Below are positions 46,895 to 56,421 of a stretch of DNA of 62,375 bases, in pieces (position 1 is the stretch's first letter; every line of letters starts with the position of its first letter). The notes below the pieces were generated by a model. The model was not told the DNA's origin and made no database searches. It saw only the letters and a program-made list of their open reading frames with translations. This DNA is from a bacterium (GTDB lineage Bacteria; Patescibacteriota; Minisyncoccia; Phycocordibacterales; PALSA-1337). The stretch is taken from positions 1 to 62,375 of the forward strand of contig JAJXVL010000001.1 of NCBI GenBank assembly GCA_021782175.1. The letters are read 5' to 3'. The position numbers and the translations under genes are program-made.

Positions 46895-47098
46895 AAGTCA
46901 TTAGTTTTTCCAGATCCTTAGTCCCGTTAGTATTAGTTTCTTAGAAAATAAGTTGTTTTTCGGAGAACAGGTTGTACCCTTGTGGGAACTCTACTTAGGC
47001 CGATTATTCGGCTGAAGGAATACATTTTAGACTACTGATCCCGCTCTAGAATGTTCCCACAAGGGTACAACCTGTTCTCCTCACAACTGCTCGGTCTC
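46895..47098. repeat. Mosaic nested-palindrome repeat cluster, locus L6. It contains the E leader and a Q-variant hairpin at 46961-47080 with the same ~60-nt loop as L1/L5.
   Basis: The arms GGAGAACAGGTTGTACCCTTGTGGGAAC / GTTCCCACAAGGGTACAACCTGTTCTCC are perfectly complementary. They differ from the L1 arms at paired positions. Confidence 0.85.
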
Positions 47099-47132
47099 TC
47101 AAAAACAAAAGTCTCCTCGAAAGGAGACTTTT
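47099..47132 (-). terminator. Rho-independent terminator downstream of rpsI (9-bp stem AAGTCTCCT/AGGAGACTT, then TTTTGTTTTT on the minus strand)
   Basis: The sequence was read directly. Confidence 0.75.
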
Positions 47133-47160
47133 GGAATTTGATGAAAATGAAGCGACTTCC

Positions 47161-47562
47161 CTAGCGCTTGCTCCACTGCGGAGACTTGCGGGCTTTCTTC
47201 AAACCGAACTTGCGGCGTTCTTTGGCACGAGCATCGCGCTTCAGGAGACCGGCTTTCTTCAAGCCGCCGCGGAGATTGAGATCATAGACGAGCAGGGCGC
47301 GAGCTACACCGTGGCGGAGAGCTTCGGCCTGGGCCGCGATACCACCACCGACGATCTTGGCGGAAACCATGAACTTCTCAGCCGGCTTGGCGCCAGTGAT
47401 CGCTTCCATGGCGATGGCCTGGAGTTCTTTGACCGGAAAATATTTTTCCAAAGCCTGACCGTTGACTTCGTAGCTATGTTGCTTGGCAATGAAGAGACGG
47501 ACGCGGGCAATAGCCGTTTTGCGGCGGCCGACAGCTTCGTAGTATTTGTTGGTGGCAGTCAT
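47161..47562 (-). CDS. rpsI: 30S ribosomal protein S9
   Basis: It has the C-terminal ...KKARKSPQWSKR segment and GGG..AQAEALRHG. Confidence 0.93.
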   Translation of the reverse strand: MTATNKYYEAVGRRKTAIARVRLFIAKQHSYEVNGQALEKYFPVKELQAIAMEAITGAKPAEKFMVSAKIVGGGIAAQAEALRHGVARALLVYDLNLRGGLKKAGLLKRDARAKERRKFGLKKARKSPQWSKR

Positions 47563-47572
47563 GAGAGTTCGC

Positions 47573-47917
47573 TTATTCTTTTACGCTAAGATTCTTAATG
47601 CGTTCATCGCGCAGCTTGTTGTCTGGCATCATGCGATAGATCGCGCGGCGGAAGACTTCCTTCATGCCTTTGCGCTCGATCAAATGACCTAGTTTTTCCT
47701 GGTTCAGACCACCGCGCCAGCCGGTATAAGTGACATAAATATCACCCTCTTTCTTGCGAGCGGTGACGTCGACCTTGGCGGCATTGATGATTTCTACCTG
47801 ATCAGCTGTCACTTTGTTCTTGGCAAAAGTCGGTGACTTTTTGCCGAGAAGTACCGCTGCAGCTTGGCTGGCGATGCGACCGATCTTCTTGCCTTGTGCG
47901 TCAATAGTGTATTTCAT
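47573..47917 (-). CDS. rplM: 50S ribosomal protein L13
   Basis: L13-like throughout. The start was trimmed to MKYTIDAQGKKIGR. Confidence 0.9.
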   Translation of the reverse strand: MKYTIDAQGKKIGRIASQAAAVLLGKKSPTFAKNKVTADQVEIINAAKVDVTARKKEGDIYVTYTGWRGGLNQEKLGHLIERKGMKEVFRRAIYRMMPDNKLRDERIKNLSVKE

Positions 47918-47921
47918 GGTA

Positions 47922-48272
47922 TTAAACAAATTCAATCAGAGCCATAGCGCTACCGTCCAACTCACGGTTCGGCAACTTGATAATCCTGGTATAACCGCCG
48001 GCCCGAGTAGCGTATTTCGGAGCAATCTCGGCAATCAGCTTCTGGGTTTCCGCTACACCCATGACACGGCTTTGGATCAAGCGGCGTGAAGCCACTGTAT
48101 CACTCTTGGCCTTGGTCACCAACTTCTCGACATAAGGACGAAGTTCCTTGGCCTTGGCGGCCGTCGTCTCGATCTGACCGTGGCGGATGAGGTTGCGAGC
48201 CAGCGAGCGCATCAGAGCGTGACGCTGGTTCTTCTCGCGGCCGAATTTTCTGACATTAGAGTGGTGACGCAT
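47922..48272 (-). CDS. rplQ: 50S ribosomal protein L17
   Basis: It begins MRHHSNVRKFGREKNQRHALMRSLA. Confidence 0.93.
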   Translation of the reverse strand: MRHHSNVRKFGREKNQRHALMRSLARNLIRHGQIETTAAKAKELRPYVEKLVTKAKSDTVASRRLIQSRVMGVAETQKLIAEIAPKYATRAGGYTRIIKLPNRELDGSAMALIEFV

Positions 48273-48308
48273 GGTAGTTGATCGTGCGGATAAAAATAAC
48301 TGGACTGA

Positions 48309-49292
48309 TTATTGTTTCAAATTGATGCCGTATTGCGAGAGCAGTTTCTTGATCTCTTGCATACCCTTGGCGCCCAAGCCGTCGATATCCATGATATCGG
48401 ACTCTTTCTTGCGAGCGAGGCCGCCGAGAGTGCGAATGTTGGCATTGGTCAGGGCTTTGACTGTGCGCGAAGAAAGCTCCAGAGCATCAACACGGGTCTT
48501 CAGGAGCTCCGTGTCCATATCGGCGCCGCCGACCTTGTCTTCGTTAGAAGATGAGGGGGTTTCCACGGCCTTGGCGATTTCCTCGGCAATCGGCTCCTCG
48601 ACTTCAACGAATCCTACGATAGCCTTGAGCTGGGCAATCATGAGACCGATAGACTTCTCCATAGCTTCACGCGGTGTGATGGTGCCATCAGTTTCGATCG
48701 AGAGACGCAAGCGGTTGAAATCCGTACGCTCACCGACGCGCATGTTCTCTACTTCGTAGTTGGCTTTGCGAATCGGGGTAAAAGCGGCGTCGAGGGTGAT
48801 CACACCAATCTCTACACGCTCCTTCTGGAGGACTTCCTTGGAAACATAGCCGAGGCCCTTTTCGACGGTCATCTCAATGTCGAGATCAGCGGCTTTGTCC
48901 GTCAAACTGGCAATATGCAAGTCAGGATTGAGAACTTCAGCCTGACCAGGTACCTCGATATCCTTGGCTGAGAGCTCTTTGACACCCTTACCTTTCAAGG
49001 TCAAGGTGACCGGCTCATCGCTATCCAAGCGAATGCGGAGTTTCTTCAAATTGAGCAAAATAGTGATGACATCTTCTTTGACGCCGTTTACGGTTGAGAA
49101 TTCATGTTCCACGCCAGCAATCTTGACCTTGGTGACAGCGGCACCAATGAGCGATGACAAGATGATACGGCGCAAAGAATTGCCTAGAGTGTGGCCATAA
49201 CCAGGATAAAGGCTGTCTATCTCATAGACGCCAGAAACGCCGTCTTCGTTGATGACCTTGGGCTTGGAAGGAAGGATGATGTCGTACTTCAT
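48309..49292 (-). CDS. rpoA: DNA-directed RNA polymerase subunit alpha
   Basis: It has N-terminal and C-terminal domain architecture and a C-terminal HhH region (LELSSRTVKALTNANIRTLGGL). Confidence 0.93.
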   Translation of the reverse strand: MKYDIILPSKPKVINEDGVSGVYEIDSLYPGYGHTLGNSLRRIILSSLIGAAVTKVKIAGVEHEFSTVNGVKEDVITILLNLKKLRIRLDSDEPVTLTLKGKGVKELSAKDIEVPGQAEVLNPDLHIASLTDKAADLDIEMTVEKGLGYVSKEVLQKERVEIGVITLDAAFTPIRKANYEVENMRVGERTDFNRLRLSIETDGTITPREAMEKSIGLMIAQLKAIVGFVEVEEPIAEEIAKAVETPSSSNEDKVGGADMDTELLKTRVDALELSSRTVKALTNANIRTLGGLARKKESDIMDIDGLGAKGMQEIKKLLSQYGINLKQ

Positions 49293-49346
49293 GTGATTAA
49301 GATTATGAAATGAAAGGATAATTGTAACCTAAAAATTGAAAAAAGG

Positions 49347-49952
49347 CTAGCGAGTGTAGAATTCCAGTACGGCGCGCACATCGAAGAGCAAGTCCGTCAT
49401 ATCAGCGGTCGGCTCACCAGCCACCGTGATTTCTTTCTTGTCGGCATCGACCGTAAGCCAGACTGGTGATTTGGTTTCCTTGAGTTGCTCGTCCAACTTG
49501 GCGAATAGAGCCTTGCGCTGACTACCCTCACGGATGCTCAAACGGTCGCCAACTTTGACTTCGTACGAAGGTACGGTGATCTTACGGCCGTTGACCGTGA
49601 TGTGTCCATGCGAAACCATCTGTCGAGCGGCGGAACGTGTCGGAGCAAAACCGGCCCGGACAACTACGTTGTCGACGCGGCTTTCCAGAACATTGAGCAA
49701 GTTCTTGGCATTATCACCGGTGTTTTGCAGAGCCATTTTGACGTACTTGGTAAATTGACCACTCGAAACACCGTAGCTATAGCGAGCCTTCTGCTTCTCC
49801 AACATTTGTCGGCCGTACTCACTCTTGTTCTGGCGGCGGCCACCCTTCTTCTGCTTGCGTCCAGCACGCAAAGCAAACTTTTGCGTCTGCGTTTTGCGGA
49901 AAACGGGGATACCGAGATAGCGAGCTTTTTTGTAGCGTGGGCCGATTTGCAT
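49347..49952 (-). CDS. rpsD: 30S ribosomal protein S4
   Basis: It begins MQIGPRYKKARYLG and has an S4 RNA-binding domain. Confidence 0.93.
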   Translation of the reverse strand: MQIGPRYKKARYLGIPVFRKTQTQKFALRAGRKQKKGGRRQNKSEYGRQMLEKQKARYSYGVSSGQFTKYVKMALQNTGDNAKNLLNVLESRVDNVVVRAGFAPTRSAARQMVSHGHITVNGRKITVPSYEVKVGDRLSIREGSQRKALFAKLDEQLKETKSPVWLTVDADKKEITVAGEPTADMTDLLFDVRAVLEFYTR

Positions 49953-49967
49953 GGTGATTATTTGGAA

Positions 49968-50396
49968 TTAAACGCGGCGAGGCTTCTTGGGCTTGGGACC
50001 ATTAAAAGGCACCGGCGTCTGGTCTTTGATGGAAGTGATGCCGAAACCCTTGCTAATAAAGCCGCGAATAGCTGATTCACGACCGGAACCGACACCTTTG
50101 ACGATCACATCGATTTCTTTGAGGCCCAAGTTGACGGCCTTGGCAGCCAAGTTCTCACCGACCTTGGCAGCGGCAAAAGGTGTACCCTTCTTGGCTCCTT
50201 TGAAGCCGGCACCGCCGGCCGTACCCCACATAAGAGCGTTGCCAGACTTGTCCGTCAGGAGAAGTTTGGTGTTGTTGTAGGTCGACTGCACGTAGAGAAT
50301 ACCCGCTTCGACGCGCTTCTTGCTCGAAGTAGTAACGGCCGACTTACCTTCGGCGCCTCCTTCAGTATTATTGGTGACGATGCGTTTCTTACCCAT
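49968..50396 (-). CDS. rpsK: 30S ribosomal protein S11
   Basis: It has GILYVQSTYNNT...GFKGAKKGTPFAA. Confidence 0.93.
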   Translation of the reverse strand: MGKKRIVTNNTEGGAEGKSAVTTSSKKRVEAGILYVQSTYNNTKLLLTDKSGNALMWGTAGGAGFKGAKKGTPFAAAKVGENLAAKAVNLGLKEIDVIVKGVGSGRESAIRGFISKGFGITSIKDQTPVPFNGPKPKKPRRV

Positions 50397-50407
50397 ATTA
50401 TTGATGA

Positions 50408-50788
50408 TTATGTCTTTTCTTCCTTACGACGACCGGATCCCATGGTCTTGCGGACGTTGCCGCGCACCGTACGAGAGTTGGTCTTGGTCCTCTGGCCACG
50501 AGCCGGCAAATGACGGCTGTGTCTAGAACCACGATAAGTTTTGATATCTTTGAGGCGCTTGATATTGGAAGCAACTTCACGTTTGAGGTCACCTTCAATC
50601 TTGAAACCTTCAATCAGTTTGCGAATAGCGTTCTCTTGTTCCACGCTCAAATCCTTGGGCTTCAAGTCAGCTGATACTTTGGTCTCGTTGAGTACGCGCA
50701 TGGCGCGGGAGCGTCCAATGCCATAGACCGCCGTCAGGGCTATGTCCATTCTTTTGTTTTCCGGTAATGTAATGCCTAGAATACGCAT
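50408..50788 (-). CDS. rpsM: 30S ribosomal protein S13
   Basis: It begins MRILGITLPENKRMDIALTAVYGIG. Confidence 0.93.
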   Translation of the reverse strand: MRILGITLPENKRMDIALTAVYGIGRSRAMRVLNETKVSADLKPKDLSVEQENAIRKLIEGFKIEGDLKREVASNIKRLKDIKTYRGSRHSRHLPARGQRTKTNSRTVRGNVRKTMGSGRRKEEKT

Positions 50789-50796
50789 ATTGAAAT

Positions 50797-50913
50797 TTAG
50801 CCTTGACGCTGTTTATGCCGCGGATTGGCTTTGCAAATGACATAAATATATCCCCGTCGACGGACGACGGAACATTTCGGACAAATGCGTTTGACTGCGG
50901 CTTTGACTTTCAT
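50797..50913 (-). CDS. rpmJ: 50S ribosomal protein L36
   Basis: The 38-aa product is [38 protein letters not shown]. Confidence 0.93.
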   Translation of the reverse strand: MKVKAAVKRICPKCSVVRRRGYIYVICKANPRHKQRQG

Positions 50914-50917
50914 TTTT

Positions 50918-51139
50918 TTATAAACGTCTGATGATACGTGCTCGTCCGCCGTATGGATCCTGAATGAGCTCCACTCGATCACCGACCAAGACGCGAATGC
51001 GATTCATTCTCATCTTGCCGGCCAAATAGGCCAAGACAACGGTGTCGGTACCTTCAATCATCACGCGAAATAACGTGTCCGGCAAGGCCTCCGTGACTGT
51101 GCCGGTTACGCTGATTTTCGGTTGAGGAGCGGTATCCAT
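50918..51139 (-). CDS. infA: Translation initiation factor IF-1
   Basis: It has an S1-like fold sequence ([12 protein letters not shown]...[16 protein letters not shown]). Confidence 0.92.
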   Translation of the reverse strand: MDTAPQPKISVTGTVTEALPDTLFRVMIEGTDTVVLAYLAGKMRMNRIRVLVGDRVELIQDPYGGRARIIRRL

Positions 51140-51203
51140 TGCGTATGAACGCGTCCGTGAATACTAGCAGATAGGGCTATACAGAGTCAATAGCCAGAGC
51201 GGT

Positions 51204-52619
51204 TTATTGACCCTTAATCACAATATTAATGCGATTTTCGTCACTGGGAACAGTCGAAGCCCATGATGGGAATAGCTCGCCGGTGCTGTGACTGATATCG
51301 ATAACCGGGCTGTAAGCTTTCAAGACATCAATGGTTTTGTTGAGCGGCACACCAGCCAATTTGTGCCTCAACTCGGCCGTAGGAATAGTTCCAACGAGGC
51401 TCATATCTCCGCTCCAACGGGCAATCAGAGCGCTCTTCTTGGTCGGTGAAAAATCTTTTGGATTGGTAATAGTGAAATCCAACTGCTCCAAACCAGGCGT
51501 GCTGTAGGCAAAACTGCCAAAAGTATCGACGGCCGCTTGACCGGCCAGTTTTGCTACCAATTCTGCTCGCTTGAAAGTAATGCCATACAAGGTGCCAGAA
51601 ACAGATAGGACGGCACTGCTCGCAGAATCACTACTGCTTACTGTCGGAGTAAAATCAGTGATGTATCCCTTGGCGAACATAATCTGATCGGCCGGTACGT
51701 GACTTTGAGCCGCTGCCGCCAGCTGAGGCAACATACTGGCCTCCAAAGCCGCAGTTGATGTGGCCAGATTGGCCGGATCGATTATTTTTTTGTGGCCGAC
51801 AAAGCCGCCAGTGCCATTGGAAGCCGCTTCCACCGTGAAGGTGTCATAACGCGGCGTGCCCTTGTAAGCGACGATCTTGAATCCACCGACATTGTCTTTG
51901 GCGAAGTTGTAAATTTCCCCTGGTTGATCAGCTACAACACCAACATTGGTATGGCCAGGAATGAGTACACCCTGACTAGACATGGTGTAGCCAGGAATAG
52001 TGATTGAGCTGGTTAGCCGATAGATCAGGCCGCTATTCCCCGCGGCCAGACGAGTGCCAGCGATCAATCTTTGAGGATGTGGAGAATAAGCGTTACCGAT
52101 TGTCACGGTAGCTGTGGTTTTGGTCGAGACATAGGCACCATCACTGGCAGCAATGGTGGTCGAGGCTGTCAGTTGACTCTCGACAATACCATAAGAAATA
52201 TAACCAGAAGCTCCGGTGCCGGAAGCCACTAGGGTGTTGGAAACTTTGACCGGTATGCTGACGGGGGTAATGGTGAAAGTAGCTCGGGCCAAACTCTGTG
52301 AAGCGAAATAACCGGCAATGGCTATCAGAATCACTGCCCCGACGATACCGCCACTCCAGAGCTGCTTTTTGGAAAAACGTCGATCGGGACGCTTGGTTTT
52401 TTGGTCGAGAATCGGCGGCCTCATTCTGAGCTTCTTGATCTCGATAGTGTGTTCGCCTTTGTGCTCGTTGCGTTCGGTATTTTTGAAATGAGATGAGGAT
52501 GTGGTTTCTTCATACTCACGCTGAGTGGTCGTTCTCTCGACCCGAGATTTGCCCACGGATGGTGGATCCTTGATACTGCGGCGATCGTTTATGATGATGT
52601 CTTCTAAACGGCGTGGCAT
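51204..52619 (-). CDS. Single-pass membrane protein with a basic cytoplasmic N-terminus and a large Thr/Ser/Ala-rich extracytoplasmic domain (hypothetical)
   Basis: The start was trimmed to MPRRLEDII because the longer ORF overlaps the end of alaS. A TM helix lies at GGIVGAVILIAIAGYF. Confidence 0.55.
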   Translation of the reverse strand: MPRRLEDIIINDRRSIKDPPSVGKSRVERTTTQREYEETTSSSHFKNTERNEHKGEHTIEIKKLRMRPPILDQKTKRPDRRFSKKQLWSGGIVGAVILIAIAGYFASQSLARATFTITPVSIPVKVSNTLVASGTGASGYISYGIVESQLTASTTIAASDGAYVSTKTTATVTIGNAYSPHPQRLIAGTRLAAGNSGLIYRLTSSITIPGYTMSSQGVLIPGHTNVGVVADQPGEIYNFAKDNVGGFKIVAYKGTPRYDTFTVEAASNGTGGFVGHKKIIDPANLATSTAALEASMLPQLAAAAQSHVPADQIMFAKGYITDFTPTVSSSDSASSAVLSVSGTLYGITFKRAELVAKLAGQAAVDTFGSFAYSTPGLEQLDFTITNPKDFSPTKKSALIARWSGDMSLVGTIPTAELRHKLAGVPLNKTIDVLKAYSPVIDISHSTGELFPSWASTVPSDENRINIVIKGQ

Positions 52620-52696
52620 ATTTATGCAAATCATAACACACTGTGACCACAATCGATAATCACACTTAGTCTCGATTTGTATTTCCTGGATTATTT

Positions 52697-54562
52697 CTAG
52701 GCCAGGATAGCCTTGATGCGGCGAATGCCTTGAGCGACTGCTTCCTCCTTCTGGATTTTGAAGTGCCAACTTCCTTCTGGGCCGGCCAATTCACTGGTGT
52801 TGCTGACATGAGGGCCGCCACAAAACTCCTTGGAGTACGCGGAAGCCAGATCCTGGCCGATGAAATAGATCGAAACTTCCTCGCCGTATTTGTCACCGAA
52901 GAAGTGCCTAGCGCCAGTCTGCTCTGCTTCGGACTTGGGCATGATCACTTGCTGGACCGGCAAAGCCTCGGCGATTTTGCGGTTGACGATTTCTTCCACG
53001 CGTTTTTTCTCTTCGTCGGTCATCTTGGCTCCGTGGGCAAAATCAAAGCGCAAGCGCTCGGCTGTAATATTCGAACCTTTTTGGCTGACATGGTCTCCTA
53101 GGACATCGTGGAGGGCTTGGTGAAGAAGATGAGTGGCGGTGTGATAGCGCACTACCATCGGATCATTAGTATCAGCCAAACCGCCTTTGAACTTTTGTTC
53201 GGCGCCCGCTCGAGACAGCTCTTGATGTTTCTTGAATTCGGCCTCGAAATCAGCTTTGTCGACGGTCAAACTTTTGGCTGAGGCCAAGGCCACGGTCAAA
53301 TCAATTGGTAGACCATAGGACGAAAAAAGTTGGAAGGCTTGGACACCAGAAATGTCTTGTCCAGATTTGGCGATCTTTTCAAACTCTTTAATTCCATGTA
53401 CCAGACTGGCACTGAATTTATCAGCCTCTTCCCTGATAACATTGCTAATTTCTATAATTTTGGTATGCAGGATCGAGTAAGTTTCATTGTAGACTTCGGC
53501 ATAAGCCGCGACCAGATCAGCGATTGCCCCGGCCGACAATTGGTGTCCGGTGGTATTGAAGACGGCTTTGCGAATCAAACGGCGGAGGATATAACCCCGA
53601 CCCGTGTTGCTCGGCGTGACTCCATCGGCTATCAAGAAAACCGCCGCACGGATATGGTCAGCGATAATTCGTTGTTTCGACAGAGAATCAGCCAGACGAT
53701 TGGTGATAGCCATAGCCGGCTTGAAAAGATCGGTGTCATAAATATTATCGACACCTTGGATAGTCATAGTCAGACGCTCTAGGCCGGCGCCGGTATCTAC
53801 TGAAGGTTTGGGCAGTTTGCCGATGATCCGGCCATCCTTCTTCTCGTATTGCATGAAGACATCGTTCCAGACCTCGACGACTTCCCGGCTCTCATCAGCC
53901 GCCAAGTATTGATCCTTGGTGATTGGTTGGCCGCCGAACTTGCCGGTCAGATCATAAAACATTTCGGTATCCGGACCGCAGGGGCCATTGTCACCGGCTT
54001 CCCACCAATTATTTTTGGCCGGCATATAGAAAATGCGCCCTGCTTGGCCGGAGGTTGTATCACCGCCGCAGTCGATATTGTGGCCGCGAAAAACTTCTTG
54101 CCAGATAGCCACGGCTTCGTCATCGCGTGGCGCATTAGCATCGCCTTCGAAGACCGTCACATAGAGCCGTTTGGGGTCTAGTCCCAGTCCTTGTTCTGGT
54201 GAAGTCAGGAATTCGTAACTCCAATTGATGGCCTCTTTCTTGAAATAATCGCCGAGAGACCAGTTGCCAAGCATTTCGAAGAAAGTAGCGTGAGTCTTGT
54301 CACCAATGTCGTCGATATCGACAGTGCGCAGACATTTCTGAGCATCAACCAATCGAGTGCCCAGAGGATGCGGTTCACCCAGGAGATAAGGCACCAGAGG
54401 CTGCATGCCGGCAGTGTTGAAAAGAGTGGCATTGGTTACACCTTTTTCATCCGGGGTGACCAAAGAAGCGGATGGGATGACAGCGTGTCCACGCGCCGCG
54501 AAGAAAGCCAGGAAGCGGCTGCGGATTGTATTGGCGCTAATCAGGGATTTCTTTGGGTTCAT
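52697..54562 (-). CDS. alaS: Alanyl-tRNA synthetase, short form ending after the editing domain (no C-Ala domain)
   Basis: It has the class II catalytic core and editing-site motifs HTATHLLHQAL and CGGPHV. It is ~621 aa, against ~870 aa for typical bacterial AlaRS. Confidence 0.9.
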   Translation of the reverse strand: MNPKKSLISANTIRSRFLAFFAARGHAVIPSASLVTPDEKGVTNATLFNTAGMQPLVPYLLGEPHPLGTRLVDAQKCLRTVDIDDIGDKTHATFFEMLGNWSLGDYFKKEAINWSYEFLTSPEQGLGLDPKRLYVTVFEGDANAPRDDEAVAIWQEVFRGHNIDCGGDTTSGQAGRIFYMPAKNNWWEAGDNGPCGPDTEMFYDLTGKFGGQPITKDQYLAADESREVVEVWNDVFMQYEKKDGRIIGKLPKPSVDTGAGLERLTMTIQGVDNIYDTDLFKPAMAITNRLADSLSKQRIIADHIRAAVFLIADGVTPSNTGRGYILRRLIRKAVFNTTGHQLSAGAIADLVAAYAEVYNETYSILHTKIIEISNVIREEADKFSASLVHGIKEFEKIAKSGQDISGVQAFQLFSSYGLPIDLTVALASAKSLTVDKADFEAEFKKHQELSRAGAEQKFKGGLADTNDPMVVRYHTATHLLHQALHDVLGDHVSQKGSNITAERLRFDFAHGAKMTDEEKKRVEEIVNRKIAEALPVQQVIMPKSEAEQTGARHFFGDKYGEEVSIYFIGQDLASAYSKEFCGGPHVSNTSELAGPEGSWHFKIQKEEAVAQGIRRIKAILA

Positions 54563-54637
54563 GGCTCGAAATATAGCAGATTTTGCCAAAAAAAACGACG
54601 ACCGTGAATTGGTCGTCGTGAATAGTGAGCCCCGCCA

Positions 54638-55096
54638 TCAACGTTTGTTGGTGGCGATCTTGAAACCCTGGGCCAGCATGATCTGACAGGCACCGTTGTG
54701 ACACTCTCGGACCATGGCCAACATCAGGTGTTTGATGCCGACTTTCTCAGCCTGGCCGCGACGAGCGAATTCCTTGGCCAGAGCCAGCACCCGCTCTAGA
54801 TGCAGGTCGTGTTGACCGACGCGATGCTTTTCCGTGGAGACCAATTTGGGCAGGTCACTCTGGAGCTGGCGTTTGATCCGGTTCAGGAACTGTTCCTGAT
54901 CCTTGGGATCCAGATGGATCGGTTCGTCGGCGCCTGTGCCGTGACCCATCACGGCAATGCCGTACAAGAGGTATTCGCACCGGAAAACATCAAAGTTTTC
55001 GGCGGCAGTTTGAGCACCAACGCGGATAGCCTCAGTCGCTTTTTCCGAAAACGGCAAAACCCTCATCGTCTTACGGATTTTCTTGAAAATTGTCAT
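54638..55096 (-). CDS. Clp N-terminal (Clp_N repeat) domain-only protein
   Basis: It has two Clp_N-like repeats (CEYLLYGIAVMG... and IKHLMLAMVRE...) within 152 aa and no AAA+ module. Confidence 0.6.
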   Translation of the reverse strand: MTIFKKIRKTMRVLPFSEKATEAIRVGAQTAAENFDVFRCEYLLYGIAVMGHGTGADEPIHLDPKDQEQFLNRIKRQLQSDLPKLVSTEKHRVGQHDLHLERVLALAKEFARRGQAEKVGIKHLMLAMVRECHNGACQIMLAQGFKIATNKR

Positions 55097-55195
55097 TTTT
55101 CAAGTAAAAGCCTTTGTGGTCCTTGGAGTATTTTCCGAGGTTTCAACGACAAAGAACTATTACTTATGAAAAACTGACATAATATATGTATATTG

Positions 55196-55792
55196 TCAAA
55201 CGAACTTTTTCAAAACCTGGAAATCTTGTTTGAGCGTATCGCGCATGCCTCCGTTGTAGAGGGCGGCAGCGGGATGATAGAGCGTTACGATGGTAATCTC
55301 CCCATAGCTCGTCTGAGCCGCAAAAGTTCGGCCGTGAATGCGGCTGATTGGCTCCAGTTCGAGGTCCAAGCCAAATTTCTTCATGATGTAATTCATAGAA
55401 TGCCTTCCGAGAGTAGCGATGACTCGTGGCTGGATGATATTGATTTGCCTATCGAGAAAAGGTGCGTAGAGTTCGATTTCTTCTGGCGTGGGGTCGCGAT
55501 TCTCTGGCGGTCGATCTTTGACGATGTTGGTGATATAGACTTGCGCGCGTTCGAGGCCGATCGAATTGATCAGTTCGTCCAGGAATTTGCCCGCGGCACC
55601 GCAGAACGGTCTCGCAGTCTTGGCTTCATTCAGACCCGGCGCTTCGCCGACGAACATGATTTGGGCTTCGTGATTCCCTTCTCCGACAACTGGGAAGAAA
55701 TGATTTTCTGTGCGGTAAGTGTAGAGTGGCGATTCTTTGAAAACCAACAATTCATCGCGAATCTTCCTGAGAGCTTCGTCTCGAGTATTCAT
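55196..55792 (-). CDS. udg: Uracil-DNA glycosylase, family 4
   Basis: It has MFVGEAPGLNEAKTARPFCGAAG and a C-terminal HPAAALY motif. The start was trimmed to MNTRDEAL, downstream of a terminator hairpin. Confidence 0.85.
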   Translation of the reverse strand: MNTRDEALRKIRDELLVFKESPLYTYRTENHFFPVVGEGNHEAQIMFVGEAPGLNEAKTARPFCGAAGKFLDELINSIGLERAQVYITNIVKDRPPENRDPTPEEIELYAPFLDRQINIIQPRVIATLGRHSMNYIMKKFGLDLELEPISRIHGRTFAAQTSYGEITIVTLYHPAAALYNGGMRDTLKQDFQVLKKFV

Positions 55793-55805
55793 GACATAAT
55801 TGTAC

Positions 55806-55837
55806 AACAAAAAATGACTGGTTTTGGAACCAGTCAT
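55806..55837 (-). terminator. Rho-independent terminator (perfect 10-bp stem ATGACTGGTT/AACCAGTCAT, then TTTTTTGTTG on the minus strand)
   Basis: The sequence was read directly, downstream of the 55853 ORF on the minus strand. Confidence 0.75.
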
Positions 55838-55852
55838 GTTGAGAAAATTATC

Positions 55853-56368
55853 TCAGGAAGCCTGTTCGATCAGCTTGAGAGCGGCGGACCAATCTTCCGG
55901 CAGGTAAAAATGCTTGATACCCAAGGATCTGGTGATCTCGTGTTCCCACTTCGCTCCAAACGATGAACGCCAGTCTGGAATGAAGTGCATGGCTTCTACC
56001 AAGCCAGAAGTGAAAATAGGCTCATAGAAATCATACAGAATGGGCATGCAATATCCCTTTTTGTCGGAGTTTTGGAGGCGCCATTCATTGTGGAGGCGAA
56101 CCAGTTGTTCCTCAAAAGGAATTTGACTGAAGACATTATAGCCATTTTGGGCCAAGGCCTCGATGGTGGCTTGGAAAACAGCCAGATTGCCCTTGAGAGT
56201 ACCAGTGCCACCGGTGGTGATCGGACCAGAAACCATATGCACCTTACCACGCGGATTGTGTTTGATCACATCTAGGGCTACCTGACAAAGATCTCCAAAG
56301 CTGCGTACCTTAGCCAATTTCGCCCTGTCTTTTTTTGTCCAGAACTTGAAGTGAATTTGGTTGTGCAT
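55853..56368 (-). CDS. DUF4406 / nucleoside 2-deoxyribosyltransferase-like small protein (tentative)
   Basis: 171 aa with an early VSGPITTGG loop resembling the SGPM/SGPI motif of that fold. The assignment is by memory only. Confidence 0.4.
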   Translation of the reverse strand: MHNQIHFKFWTKKDRAKLAKVRSFGDLCQVALDVIKHNPRGKVHMVSGPITTGGTGTLKGNLAVFQATIEALAQNGYNVFSQIPFEEQLVRLHNEWRLQNSDKKGYCMPILYDFYEPIFTSGLVEAMHFIPDWRSSFGAKWEHEITRSLGIKHFYLPEDWSAALKLIEQAS

Positions 56369-56421
56369 ACTGCGGACAATTTAGCACCAATAGCTTTTTA
56401 GGCAAGCACCCGCAATAGAGC

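Noticed and set aside
52620-52769. 5' extensions of ORFs in the supplied track (51204-52769, 17912-18055, 19168-19284, 35475-36935, 25777-27207, 28190-29626, 30502-30600).
   Set aside because: The extensions overlap the preceding gene or lack similarity to the family N-terminus. An internal ATG or GTG gives the canonical N-terminal motif in each case.
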